A stretch of 49,274 nt of DNA, filler included, from Streblomastix strix (taxonomy: Eukaryota): NCBI GenBank assembly GCA_008636045.1. It is 3 parts of 3 records of this genome, joined end to end, with 100 filler letters (N's around TTAATTAATTAA, not from the genome) between each part and the next. Parts side by side here need not be neighbours in the genome. Positions count along the whole stretch, not along the records: positions 1 to 16,359 come from SNRW01000829.1; positions 16,460 to 32,817 come from SNRW01000830.1; 1 more part is not named here. One strand, given 5' to 3'. Shown in pieces: positions 14,084 to 27,172 of this stretch. Below the pieces are notes generated by a model. That model did no database searches and was not told the origin of the DNA. It saw only the letters and a list, made by a program, of their open reading frames with translations. Numbering within the stretch: the first letter of the stretch is position 1; each line of letters opens with the position of its first letter. A program made the position numbers and the translations under genes.

Positions 14084-16059
14084 TCATGGAGGAACTGATC
14101 CAAAGGTTATTGGTATAGCTCTCCAAAATAATTCAGTGTCATGACTATATAATCCATCTATTGGATCCATACTATTAATTCTTCACTAAACTGCTTTATT
14201 TTATGAATAAATGACTGAAGAATCTCCACCACTTGATACGCCAGTTCCAGCTATAACACTACCATCGAAAGATAATATCTATCCATCAGCTGGTATAATT
14301 ATTCTATAATTTACCTGAACATTTTATGCATTAACCACTATTTATAATTTCCCACTAAGGCCAGATAATATATTCCACTAATTTGGTTATATTCCAATAC
14401 TTGAATTTGGATCGCAATTTAGAAAAATTCCACTAGAATTTCTACAGGTAGAATTTGATATTCTTCATTAATTATATTTTTCTCTAGTTGGTTTAACTTA
14501 TATTATTCCTTCAATTACGCCTCCTTGGTTTAAGAATTGATTTTATTCGGTTGTATTTGCAAATTGAATCCATGTAGGTAATGTATCTGTAGTTATATTA
14601 TATTAGTTTATATTATATTATAGTACAAGATTATCACGAACAATTGTTCCAAAAAATTATGATAAATTTGTGATCCAAAGTATATTGTAAGTTCTTTGAA
14701 ATACTTTCATATAGAATCTCAAAACAAGAGATGTTTCAGGTATATCACATATTATAAAATCTGTTTATATTGAGCACAATTATGTTGCTATAAATCCCTT
14801 GTCATAACCATTCTATATTCAAAGATTCGATTTAAGCTGATATAATAAATCATAAATGTATGTGATTTTGGTATCCATAGTACATCCGTAAGAGCCATTA
14901 GAGGTATAATTAGGTATTGTTAAAGCAGCAAAACATCACTAATATACAAAAATATTTGGGTTAATTTAAAATGCTTTTAGTGCAACACTTGAGTTAAAAT
15001 CTGATGTTTGTATATTTGTTCCATCTGCCAATAACATTTAATTAGCAATTACATCTATTTTAGTAAATTTAATCGCTGTTAGATTTCCTTCATATGTCAG
15101 TTATTATGGATGAACATGATCTGATCTAGCGTATGAAATAGCTGCACCATTACTACCTGCAGTAGCGTTTATTTTTGGAAAAACGGAAGCATTAGTTTCC
15201 ACATTAATTGTATAAGTATGAACTAATCTAGGATATTTAAATAGCGTTCCATTCTCCTCAAATTCTGTATATTTCTTAGTTTTTATCGTATCATCGCATT
15301 GCATCGAATGGCTATGATCTTTTTTAGCACATTAAGTTGAGTTACCTATATTTCCTGTAGATGTTGTATTTTTTGGCTTAATGGACATATCAGTTTATAA
15401 ATTAAGTGAATGACAATGATATTCTCTAGAATATTCTGTACTAATTCCAGCACTACCTCCTACATTAGTTGCAGTTCCATTAATTCCATCAGCATGAGGA
15501 ATAACATCGTTAGCAGGAGTTATTTAATCAGGAACTATATCTCCACTATTGTATAAGTCGGTATCGAACATTCATACTGTTCCACTTTCAGCACTAAAAG
15601 CAAAATCTCCATTTGAAGAATTAGGTAAATGTTATATATCATTATTCAATAAGTAGTATCCTCGGAAATGTGTTTATAGTGATAGCTCTTATTAGATAGT
15701 ATCAATATCATTTTATTTATATAAGTAATATCCCATTCAGTTGTTCCAATTGATTTCTATAGTAAATTTACTTCACTAATCAACTAATAAATCTGTGTAA
15801 CAAAATCAAAATTAATGATTTTCAAATTCTTTACTATTTATAGTTGATTTGGCTCTATTTTTAATGCGAAATCTGATGTCATTCCATCAAAGATTTATTT
15901 GTTAGCGATATAGACTAACGAATCGTTATTATCTATAAATAAGTTATATAATTCATTCTACATCATTCCATCACAAGAACTAATTCGTTTTAAATATTAA
16001 ATATTGTAAGCGATATCATTAGTGATTAACTATCGAACAGTTCTGATTGATTATTACAT
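14084..16059 (-). pseudogene. Fiber/tail-like virion protein with GxxGxSxxYxRxDHxHP repeats
   Basis: Three repeats (GSAGISTEYSREYHCHS, GNIGNSTQCAKKDHSHS, GSNGAAISYARSDHVHP) then Gly/Asn-rich beta-type C-terminus ending GSVPP*; function inferred. Confidence 0.55.
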
Positions 16060-16124
16060 TAGTTCGTTGTTTATTTTTATAACAATAAAGTTGCTGGTTA
16101 CGTAGTAACTAAAAATAAATTACA

Positions 16125-16334
16125 TCAATTACGTTTTTTACCAAGTTTATCAACTGCACCTGCAAGATTGGCATCTGCACCTAATGCTACTCCAATTCTG
16201 GGGTGAATCATCTCAATTGGACATTAGATTATTAAAAGAACTTTATGTAATGCGGGCGCTATCTATTATGCAGATTATTTAACGTCTCCAAGAATCCTCA
16301 ATCCGAAGTTTGCAATGCCAGAGAAAAAATCCAT
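16125..16334 (-). CDS. Small amphipathic protein, adenovirus pVI-like (69 aa)
   Basis: Intact code-6 ORF MDFFSGIANFGLRILGDVKQSAQQIAPALHKVL...GAVDKLGKKRN*; same-length homolog at 40182-40391. Confidence 0.7.
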
Positions 16335-16359
16335 TTTTATTAATTATTAAAACTTTATT

Positions 16360-16459
16360 NNNNNNNNNNNNNNNNNNNNNNNNNNNNNNNNNNNNNNNNN
16401 NNNTTAATTAATTAANNNNNNNNNNNNNNNNNNNNNNNNNNNNNNNNNNNNNNNNNNNN
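16360..16459. other. Artificial contig-joining spacer (44 N + TTAATTAATTAA + 44 N)
   Basis: Seen directly; an identical spacer lies at 32818-32917; the joined pieces are 16359, 16358 and 16357 bp, i.e. size-sorted contigs. Confidence 0.98.
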
Positions 16460-17560
16460 TTTTTCCGTGATCAATGCCAATGTATTTTAGAGGAAGTACA
16501 ACTACATCATGTGCCTCGCTAATCTTGCGATAACGTAGGGATAGATTGGCACCTAATAATTAACCTCGGGATAAAGTGTCGCGAATGTACAAAGAAACCT
16601 AATCGGGGTAAACGCCTTTTTAAACTTTCAGCCATCATAGAGAAGCGCAGTGCTGACACCAGCCTAGATCACGAACAATTTACTTCTAAGAATCAACACA
16701 AAATCGGAATATCAGACTTAATAGTCATAAATTTCACAAACGCCCTCATAGGTACCCTTTTAATCATAATTTCAGTAAAATCAACAATTATAACAAAAAC
16801 CATTATCCTTGAATAGAAGTTTATTCAATACTGCTACACAACTGTAGCCAAATCAACAAAATTCCTTACCTCCGGATCCTTCTTTAATCCGATAACAATA
16901 AATTGCACCAATTCTCCCTGTATTTCAAAATTCTCAGTAATAAGGAACTGACTCTGAAGGCAATCAAACCCAGAGACAGAATACTATATCAAGGAACTCT
17001 CACACTGTGATGGAGATCGACATGGAATCAGAAGGACGCGATATAAATCCTCCACCTCTTCTAGCAAAAATCAATCAGGCTTCCATTAATAGACAAAGAG
17101 ACTACTGGGCCACGAAATCATACCTTTTGAAGTATATTGGCAAACCATGTGCTGGTCAACATCATCCAGGACGTGGATAAGGACGGATTGAAGTACAGGA
17201 AGTAATCCTGAGACACGCCAGAGGCGAAACCATCTCAATTGCAGATTGAAGAAAGTTTTGGAAGGAGCTGGACACAGATCTTAAACTAGATACAGTAGGA
17301 CTATAATCTCCTATATCAGATTCAGAAGAGCAAGGCAAAGAGAAAGATTAAAGTATAGCCTTTTGGAATAATCCAAGAAAGAGTTACAGACAGGATGATA
17401 GATCAAATTCAAGAGGAAATAATTAGAATTTTTAACTAAGGTATAATACTAGAGATGATTTCAGATCGCAAGGTCGAGGATAGAGAGGAGGAGGAATAGA
17501 TTGCAGAGGAAGAGGTTATAGAGGAAATAGAGGTGGTCGTAACAGAGATGGTTGAGCATT
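16460..17560 (+). pseudogene. Probable DIRS ORF1 (gag-like) fragment with RGG-rich tail
   Basis: A-rich, higher-GC coding-like stretch ending RGRGQRGGG...RGRGYRGNRGGRNR; assignment by context only. Confidence 0.35.
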
Positions 17561-17569
17561 TGAACTCTT

Positions 17570-18790
17570 TGATAACGTACTAATTCCTTTTAAATTCAAA
17601 ATCAACATCCATAGTATTGAGAAATATCTTAAACGCTCTTCTTGTTCTTGTTCTTATTCTAACTCAAATGAATCTTATTACTCTTATTCTTAATCATATT
17701 GCTATCCTTATTATTTCTCTTTCACTTTACCTTCTTTTTGGTTTTCTTTTATTGTCTTTTTTTCTTTCCTTATTATTGATGTTCTTCTTGTACTCATTAC
17801 TGAATCTTATTTTCCTATTCTCACTCTACTTTCTGATTTTGCTCTTTATATTGATCTTTCTTTCACACTATAATGTCTTATTATATTCATTTATTATTAT
17901 TATTATTGTTGTTGTTGTTATGGTTTATCTCTCATAATGTGAATTCTAGTTAAGCTCACTTTTTATCTCTCTTTCTCTTATTAAACTAATTCCTACTATT
18001 CATATTAAGCAATTTTCATATCTGATTTCCATTTTTTTCAATTTTTCCACTTTTTAGTTTAGTTATTATTTGTCTTATTCTTTATCTTATTCTTTCTCTT
18101 ATTCTTTCTCTTATACTTTCTCTTTTTCTTTCTCATCAATCTTTTCTTTAAATTTACCTAATCCTCTTTAATTCTGCTTCTTTGCACTTTTTTTGGTTTT
18201 TATCTCTTATTCTTTCTGTTATTTTTTATACTAATCAAACAACACCTATTTATACTGATCCTTTTATTTAAGTTATTATTCATCCTTCTCTTTAATATTT
18301 TCTTTCCTTTATTCTTTATTCTAGTCATCTTTTGCATTATCTTTATTATCATTCTATTCTTTTTATTTCTTTTATTCTGCCAGTTTTCGCCTTACTATTT
18401 TCAATTTATTTTTCATTGTGACTTTCTGAGCGATAATAACACTGGAATATTAAATATAAATTATAAATTAATATAAAATAATTAAATATGAATAAAAAAA
18501 TATATTTTTTTCAATCAATAATAAAATATTATTAAATCTATTTCAAAATCATAAATATATAAATTATATTGAAATGGAAGCAATGGAGTTAATGCCATAT
18601 TTAATTCTTAATTTGTAACTTCAACTTTTTCCATCTATTAAAATATTATAAAATATTAGTTATAAATTATTAATAAAATAAATTAATAAAATAAACAAAT
18701 TTAATAATAAGTAAAATAAATATATTGAAATATTGATAATTATACTTCATCGGGAAGTGGAACAGTTACATTATATGTAACCTATGCATG
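17570..18790 (-). CDS. Probable host gene fragment: K/E/Q-rich low-complexity protein, likely with introns
   Basis: Strongly purine-rich minus strand 17570-18445; short exon-like piece AG|GTTACATAT...GATGAA|GT at ~18747-18781 flanked by very AT-rich DNA. Confidence 0.35.
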
Positions 18791-20204
18791 TAACTATTTC
18801 ATATTAAATGTTTACATAAATAGATTAATTAATTAAATTAGTAGAATTATTAATTACATTCATTTTTAATATATAAATATACTCTTAATTATTCAATTGT
18901 TAGTCGCTTTGATGGTTTCCAAAATAGAAGTTTGAAAGGTTGAGGTCAACTTCAGAGATCTCGATTAATCTCAAAAAACAAATTGATAGAAGTTAGTACA
19001 TTAATTTGATTTGCAGATCTAAGTTTGTTAAAATCTAATCTGTTGGTTATGCAGCCCAATGATTAAATAGTATATCTATATTCCACACGTGAGTGTATCT
19101 TCTTGTTTTTACATTGCAATTTGAGATCGCTCTATAAGTGAATGCTAATGGAGTATCATGCATTGATTCACAATCAAAAATGAGTTATTACATTTTTTTA
19201 TTATTTGATTGTTTGCTAAGTGAGGATAAAGGTGTCTTGCGCTGGCTTATGAACCATGCCATGACTTCTGATATATACAAAGTTCATGTATTATTGTTTC
19301 GCATCTGCGAATGGGAGATTGCATTCGTCCAGAAATAAAATGCGAAAGCGTTGCTCCGTTTTTGCAGCTCCACAAACATTTTAATGAAATATTGAATCTC
19401 CTGCATCTGTGGCGTCCTCAGAGCAGGTCCAGCGTCGGCGTCCGTCACTATAATTTCGCGCTCGCTCGCAAATACGTTAGTATCATTCCCGATTGCATCC
19501 TTGTCTAAAGCCAGTGGTTAGCTCGGTGTTGTATTGAGACACGGTTTTTTTTTAAGATATTCAAGTAATGTGATAAAGCTCTCGAATCTGGATTACATCT
19601 TTAATCACTTTCTTATTTTTCAAATTGTCGACCAATAGGAATGGACAGTAAACGGGGCCATTCAGGCCCATTGACCCATTTAGAAATCTTAAAATAACGG
19701 GGAAGCAGGAGTCTCCAACAGAGAAGTATTATAAGAAACTATGCAAGAAGTAGATTATTGTGATATGTTTTAAATGTAATATCTGATATTTAAATGCTTA
19801 ACAACTTTTAATCAAAATTATAATATATTTTTGTATTAAAATTAATAAGTTTATTTAAATAAATATTAATTCATTAATTTTCATTCCTATATATTTGGTT
19901 GTTTCACAATTTCTAGAAATCCTTCATTATTATTTTCATAAACACACCTCTTATATATATCCACTATTTTCCTAAAAATTGGCCCAATGCACAATTGCCC
20001 TAACAATTATTTTGCAGATTAGTAATTTCAGCTAATTTTTTTGTTAATTTTTAATTTTATATTATTTATCATCAAATAAATAAAATTTTCATGTAATTCT
20101 ATTTCTTATTTTTGATCTTGTAACAAACAAATTTGAAAATAGTGATGGAAAAGTGTGATATAGGTTACACAAAAAAAATGACGATGTCATTTTACCGCCA
20201 AATT

Positions 20205-20410
20205 CAAAATCATCCTCCCTTTAAAATTATAAAAAGAAAAAGAAAAAATTTATTATGAAATATATCTATTAAAATAAAAAAACTGCTACAATTATTCTAT
20301 TTATACCAAATTCAACAGTAATGATATATAAAATACATATTATTTTTTAAAACAAATATAATTTAACTATACTTATATATTGAATGCATTTTTCTATTCA
20401 TTAAATTTAT
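20205..20410 (+). repeat. ~200-bp diverged direct repeat, copy 1
   Basis: Shares CCTCCCT...CTACAATTATT...TTTTTAAAACAAATATAATTTAACTAT...TGAATGCATTTTT with 26965-27172. Confidence 0.85.
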
Positions 20411-21164
20411 AATAGATTGCGAGCAAAATAAAACAAAATAAAATAAAAACGTTCATTCTCATCGGAAATATCTTTATTTCATCTGAATAAATAAAGTAAT
20501 GAATATATGATATTCTAATTAAAGCATTAAATATCAAAATACAAATTATAACGGGAGAAGTACAGAATAAAAAGAATATAAATAGTTTTACATATTAATT
20601 CAAAATCCAAAAATCAAAACCGAACTATTATTCATTCACATCTAATAAATCATATGATTATTAATTGCAATCTTCAATCGATTTTAGTAATAATTTAGCC
20701 AATATTGAAATAAATTCTTCACTTTTTTGAAAGAATCCAATTTTCGTACATAAATTGCCTTCATAATCAGAATAAATAAACTTTTTAATTAGAATTTATT
20801 AATTATTAGATAAAACAGAACTAAATAACAGATGGGAATGTTAAAAACAACTATCGGGACATTTAAAGATAATTTTGAAGAAATAAGAATCACTTTTAAT
20901 TAATTCTTCATTGGCCGATAAAATTGTTCATCATTCGGCTGCTTTTCCATTTTGCATGTGAACGCATTTTGGCGCTTCAAGTTTATTCACTGAATGTTTA
21001 ACGCTTGAACTTTTGATTGCAAGGAAAATCTTTAATCAAAACAAAACAAATACATAAACATCTTTGAATTGCAAGTTAAAATCGTCTCAATATTGATATC
21101 AATATGTTTCTAGACCAAATGAAATTGTTGAAACAAGATTTAATTCTCAAATGTTAACAAAACA

Positions 21165-21575
21165 GAGAATCGGGCATCACTAATATTGGTACCAAAACAA
21201 GCAAATGCTATAGAAATAAATTAAGTATGTAAAATAGGAAATGAAGGACTGAGTCCAAAACTGGCAATATATAATTTGATCGATAGATTACAGAAACTAT
21301 TTCCGAAAGATACAGATTTTTTATTGTGGCATAATGGGTTTAATAAACCAATAACTGCAAAAGACATCAGCATACAACTTACAAAACTATTAAGAGAAAT
21401 GAAGATTATAGGAGCATCAGTGAATTCATTACAACACTTAGAAAAAACAGAGTTAGCAAAGCAAGATGTCCCTGAAAGAGATCTTGCTACCTTTACACAT
21501 AATTCCTAAAATTCACGTACTGTATGACAATACAATATTTTCTCATCTTCAACAAGAGCCAATGAAATAGATGTT
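21165..21575 (+). pseudogene. DIRS tyrosine recombinase C-terminal fragment (second family, opposite orientation)
   Basis: LSPKLAIYNLIDRL...LLWH...IGASVNSLQH (degenerate SIRH box)...TFTHNSQNSRTV*QY. Confidence 0.7.
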
Positions 21576-21889
21576 GTCAACGAGTTTCATTGAAGAGTAT
21601 GAAATAGAAATATACGTGAGAGTTAAATTTAATCTATATTACTATAATGAATAAGCTATTATTGAAGAATAAACACATTTAATTGTCATATTTTAACTTT
21701 ACTAACACATTTATACTTTTACCATTATAATCTGAGGTTCTTTTAAGAGATTCTATAATTTTTTTTTCCTTTTGAGAGCCGTTAACAATATATTTTACCA
21801 TTAATATTTGGGTATCTTATTCACAAATAGTTATTTTCCCCTTGTGATGTTTTTTCAAAATAAGTGTATGAAATTTGTTGGACCTTGTT

Positions 21890-22540
21890 AGAAGTGTTAC
21901 CTAAAACTTGCTAACCAAACAAAAAATGTCTCTGTAGGACACACTCTATGATCGTCTGTTCTTCTTACATCATCTCTCTCTAAATTGATTGTTTGGATGG
22001 AATGCAAACTGCTGCTCTCTGTTCTTAATCATCTATGATCGATACTGATTGATCTATGTTTGCCATCACTTCCATTCTTTCAAAGCATAATGACATTAAT
22101 AGTGAAGCTAGTTTTACTTGTAGCTCATCATTTGAGAGGAGATTACTTTCGGGTCTCTCTGTCCAATATTCATAATGTTAATTGATATCTCAGGTATTCT
22201 CATATCTTGGATTATTAATTAAATAATTCGAAATTGCATGTGTAATGAGTCTCTACGCAGTGGCTGGGACATATACTGTTCAAAATATGAGAGAATGCAT
22301 TATGTTGAGTATTGATACATTATCTTTTATTGATTATAGCTTTGTTTTCTATGTTCTTGTTAACTAAATCATGAATTCGGTATGTATGAATGATATCTTC
22401 TTATTCATAATATCTTCGATTGTATTATACTTTTCTTTCATCCAATCATCAAACACTCCTATTGTCTATATACATTTTTCTGAGTGCTGAATTTCAATAT
22501 TTCAATTATCATTTTTTGGGTTTCTTTAGTCATTATCACA
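21890..22540 (-). pseudogene. DIRS tyrosine recombinase, N-terminal/central part, truncated
   Basis: LSNDELQVKLASLLMSLCFERMEVMANID and RVCPTETFFVWL. Confidence 0.75.
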
Positions 22541-22559
22541 TTGTTTAAATACTCTGTTA

Positions 22560-24480
22560 ATTGGTTTCTTCCTTATTCGACTCTTGCTCCTTGAGGAATG
22601 CCGCGATTTTCCATGGTGATAGCATTTCTTTCATTTTCATAATCTCCTTCCTTAAGTTCGAAATTCGAGAGTTCTCTCCAAGAATAATGTATCTGCTACT
22701 ATCTGTAAGTAAATATGTGAACCACATTTGGCATGGCCACCAATATGTTATCATGACTGACTTTGGGTTTAACTTTTTCCATGCGATCAGGGCTTTTCCA
22801 ATTTTCGGAATTGGTGGATGGATCCAAAAGATCTCCTCCTTCCATTGCCTCGAAGATGTTTTTAACCACTCCGCCTCTTCATCTTCCTCTCCTATTGCCA
22901 CGAATCTATCCACAAGTTTATTTTCCTCTGTTGCGAACAAGTCCAGTTTTGGTATTATCTACCACGCTCGGCATAGATCTTTGAATTTTTCTTTCTTTGC
23001 AGAATAATAGCCCTGGGTGCTTAGTCTACTTAGTGTGTTTGTTTTCATGTTTGATACTTCTAGAAAACGGTGAGTCTATATTTGTATTTTCAGTTGTTGA
23101 CATAGCTTAACTATTTTCTTTACTTTTGCTGCAAGTGCCTCTCCAGTTCTCTGTTTTACGATATCTTATATAGCTATTGAGCAAGATGACTTGTTTAGAA
23201 TCGCATTAATCTGAAGATCTTTAAAGTTTTTTCCGTAACGGAATAGCCCTAAGTATATGGCATCCATTTTCTTCTTATTATTTGTCTATTAACTCTCTTA
23301 TGTATTCCGTTATCCATGTTAGACTATAGTACCTACTGTTTTTAGTTCAAATATTACTCCTCAGTTCTTTGTATATTCGTCTGATACTATTATCGCTTCT
23401 GGAATCTTCATTTAGAGAGTCATTTCTTCGTTCTTCACTATCACCCCCAACCATAAATACAGTTCTTGTAGGATCTTCTTAGGTAGTATCATATTCTCTC
23501 TCCATTTTTTATTCTTCAATGTTCTCGGTTTTGCTGAATCCATTAATTATTTTAAGTAAATGGAAGCTTCTCTTACTTGGACTCTTAGAAAATTCGGCTT
23601 ACCAATTATTGATGCAAGATGCTTAATCTTAATTGGAACTTGTCTTTCTGTTATGCAGATAAATCTCCTTAATTAGAAGCATACTTCCTGTTTCTTAGGT
23701 CTGTCATCATTATATACATCCTTCCCAAGTCCCAGGCCCAACATAGGAAGTTGATCTGGTGTTTTGGTTCTGTTTCACATTTCTCTTATGCTATTGTCCA
23801 TCCAAAAGTTTCCAAGATTCTCATTATCGTCTTAGTTTATTCTCGCAATCTTTCTTTGTTCTAATGTAGGAGGAGCAGATTGTCTAAGTAATTCAAAATT
23901 CTTATGTCCGACTCTCTCCGTATCTTCGTTAGAACCATTGCTAGAGCTTGTGCGAATAAGATTGGGGAGTGCTATGTTCCAAACGGCATTGCATTATATT
24001 AATAAACTTTCTACATTGCTTCGAATGCTAGGTAAGGTCTGCGTGGTGGATAAACTATTAGGTTGTGAAAGGCCGACTTTAGATCCACGCTTGTTGCCCA
24101 ATCTCCTTTACTAATCAAATCCTTCACTTAATTTGAGACATATACTTAAAAATAAATAGTTTAAATATCCTTGTTCAGTGAACTCAAATCCAGAATTTTC
24201 CTCCATTTCTAATGAAGCTTCGGAATTATGAATGTTGGATTGAACCATTTGGCCTGTTCTGGATGTATTTATTCTTTTATATTTTCTCCTAATTCTTCCT
24301 TCAATTTCTCTGTGTATACAATTTCGTCTTCTTTTGAGCCAGAGAACGGACAAACTCTCAGTTTCTCTTACAATCTCTTTTCGCAATCCTCGTTTTTTGA
24401 ATAGTAAGAAATACCCTTTTGTATGAATTCCACTCCCTTTAACAATTTCCATGTCTCCAGATAACGAATTGTTTTCACTC
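22560..24480 (-). pseudogene. DIRS pol: reverse transcriptase, RNase H and adenine-methyltransferase-like domain
   Basis: DLKSAFHN, AMPFGTQHSP, ILNYLDNLL (YxDD degenerate, ~23880), EKCETEP; RNase H PEAIIVSD; MTase-like DLFATEENK...FWIHPPIPKI. Confidence 0.9.
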
Positions 24481-24499
24481 CCACTCCCGTGCCTGGTTG

Positions 24500-26873
24500 A
24501 GGCTATAATGTTTCCTCCATTATGGTCCTAGGAATGATTTCCTGGGTATAAATCATCTTCATTATTTTGTTCTGAATTTCCATCAGTTGAAACCATCTGG
24601 GTGCTCGCTCCTGGCTGTCAGCGCTATAAGTCTTCAAATTAGTTCTAGTTTGCTACAACAGACGCATTTATGCATGCGACTTTACTTCTGACAGGTGTTT
24701 TGCCTGATTTTTCCCCAACTTTGATTTCAAGAATAGGACTTCACTGGAATTATATAGAAGAAGATGTTTAAATATGTGTTGGTTTTGTTCCAGCAACCCC
24801 TACTTAGCCTGAAACTATGCTGCCTGTAGAGGATGCTACCCTTTTAGCGTTTCCATTTATTGAAAAGGTCTCTCCAGGTGCATGAAAAACCTATGCTGAA
24901 TCTCCTGCCATCTATTGATGTTACATTCCTTTCGGAACTGAGAATGGATTTGTAATTATTCCCATAAGATCAACATTCAAAATTGAGCTTTAATTCAAGT
25001 TCAGGTAAGGTATAGCCTCACTTTATGAGCTCTTTTATGTTAGGGGGGCTATCCGTTGCCTTCTACTGGTGGGTTGTTTCGATATTAGTTTCATGAATGA
25101 CTAGTTTGAGGCCCTCAATTGACGTCCCGGAATGCTCATCTAACTAAATAATGTTCCAAGGTGACTGTCATATTCCTAATTGAAGTAAAAAAGTTGTATT
25201 TATGATTAATTGCTTCTTGGCTTTTTCTTACTTCTATAATGATTTCTCCGATTGTGCTTTTTCTTCCTTTTTGTCTGGTGGTTTGATTTCTAGATATAGA
25301 ACTTCGCCAAAAATTCCCTCTTGAAAATCCTCTTACTGTTCTCTTAGACCACTACCGAAATCCAAGCCAAAATCAACGTGAATTTCGTTGTCATTCTACT
25401 CAGGTTGCTTCTTCTATATCTTGGATTCTTAGATGGTTGTTAGTCAAATTTGTGATCCAGAACCTCTCTTCACTCCAAATTATTCTATATATGGTTAACT
25501 ATTGAGTATATCAACACAAAATCTCGGTGCTTCATTTTCATCAAAGTAATTCTAGAGTTTAATCATCATTTTTCTAGTCGCGTTTTAGAAATAATCATTT
25601 TATTCCATCTTATTTATGTATTAGACTTGTTCTCCTGTATATACTTTAATTTCGGCTTATCTTTTAGGAACTTCTGAAAGTAGAGGCAGGCGGTTAACAG
25701 TCTCTTCTATTGGGAGGTATTTAGATTGTTAAACACCCTTGATGAATTGATGGTTACGGTCTGTAACAAATAAGGATTGTTTCTGACTTGGTTATTAGTA
25801 TTATTTAATTTATATTAATGAAGATGATAATAACGATAAAGACAAAGATAGTTATTATTAAAATTCATTGAGAGAGCCAGTCTCCGATAGTTAAGCCTAA
25901 TAAATTTATTATACACCGCTTGGAAACCTTATGTGGGTTGAATTTTATTTTGTTCTACCATATTATTTAAATAATCATTTTATCCTGTTTGTTGATTTTA
26001 TAAATTATCAGGTGATTTTGTTTAAGGTGTATATGTTGCACCTGTTTGAGCAGGTTACTGAGCTTCGTTATTTGTATTCTATTGCTCATTACGTTGAACA
26101 TTCTCTATATTCTGTTAGATACCCAATTCCGGAATTATAATTTCAATTTATTGTTGTTATTCGTCCCATTGTGTATTATTGATAATAATATCTTATTGTT
26201 AAATTAGTATTTCCTTATTAATTTAATGATGTTAGTTAATTTGTTGTTTGATTTATACGTTTACTTATTTAATTAATTATTCATAATTCTCATATGCCGC
26301 AAGTAATTGCTGAGCTGTTCGGAAGTTTACAATTGGATTGTCCAATTCTTAGAAAATTGCTTCTGGACTTGTTCACGAAACACTGCTCTCTTAGTCGAGA
26401 TTGGGAAAAATGTTATTCTTTCTATGAAAAACTTCTTCTTGAGCTGTTCAATGGGTTGACATGTAGACTTGAGCTCCTGCAGCTGTTCGGATTAGTTCCA
26501 AAGCTTGTTTTCGTTTTCTGTGCTGAATTTAGAATTCTTTTAGTTGATATCTATCTATCTCGCTATGCAAACTTTCAGCTCGGTCATCTTTGTTTTATCC
26601 GCTTCTCGATCTTTCGCTTAAAATCACTCTCTTTCTTTTCTTGCCTCTGCCTAACTCCATATTGTTCCTTCTGTTATCGTGATTATCTTTATGTCTTCTG
26701 TCATTGTCGGGATCACTATCGTGACGGTGATTGTGGTGGTTATCATCTTCATCAAACTCTATTCTCACTGTATCCAGGAATAAATCTGTATGTGTTTCAC
26801 TCCAAAATATATATCAATCTTTTATTGTTAGAAATTCATGTCTTGAAGCTTTCTGAATGATTAAAACTTACAT
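24500..26873 (-). pseudogene. DIRS ORF1 (gag-like), decayed
   Basis: Long coding-like minus-strand region directly upstream of RT, Gln-rich (TAA/CAA runs). Confidence 0.55.
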
Positions 26874-26964
26874 TTTGTAAGCATAATTTAACTATTTTAT
26901 AGTGTTCTCAGTTCGCTCCGAAGCTCTGATATCTCAGTGCTTAGTTTCTCTAAATCCAATACTA

Positions 26965-27172
26965 AAAGTCGCCCTCCCTTCATAAATACAAAAAAAAGAA
27001 AATAGAAAAAACTGTTTTGAAATATTTCTTTTAAAATAAGAAAATTACTACAATTATTTTATTTATTGTAAATTCAATAACAATTGCATAATATAATCTA
27101 AAATACTTTTTAAAACAAATATAATTTAACTATTTTTATGTACTGAATGCATTTTTTTAGTCATTCAATTGT
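26965..27172 (+). repeat. ~200-bp diverged direct repeat, copy 2
   Basis: See 20205-20410; abuts the 5' end of the minus-strand DIRS. Confidence 0.85.

Larger units (their letters stand above)
10870..16359. mobile_element. Second, distinct Polinton-like virus fragment B (pPolB C-terminus, ATPase, fiber-like, pVI-like), runs off contig end
   Basis: Second pPolB on the opposite strand plus virion morphogenesis genes; left boundary approximate. Confidence 0.75.
21720..26900 (-). mobile_element. Decayed DIRS-type tyrosine-recombinase retrotransposon (gag-RT-RNase H-MTase-YR)
   Basis: Canonical DIRS domain order read on the minus strand in code 6; boundaries approximate. Confidence 0.9.

Noticed and set aside
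16404..16415. TTAATTAATTAA palindrome as a biological site
   Set aside because: Standard all-frame stop linker inside N padding; no linkage across it can be inferred
17617..17937. Hydrophobic membrane-protein-like track ORF (also 26294-26860, 22561-23007, 43633-44049)
   Set aside because: Antisense shadows of K/E-rich or mobile-element genes on the opposite strand
19280..19560. GC-richer island as a possible RNA gene
   Set aside because: No tRNA or rRNA signature recognised; reads as an unidentified coding fragment on the minus strand
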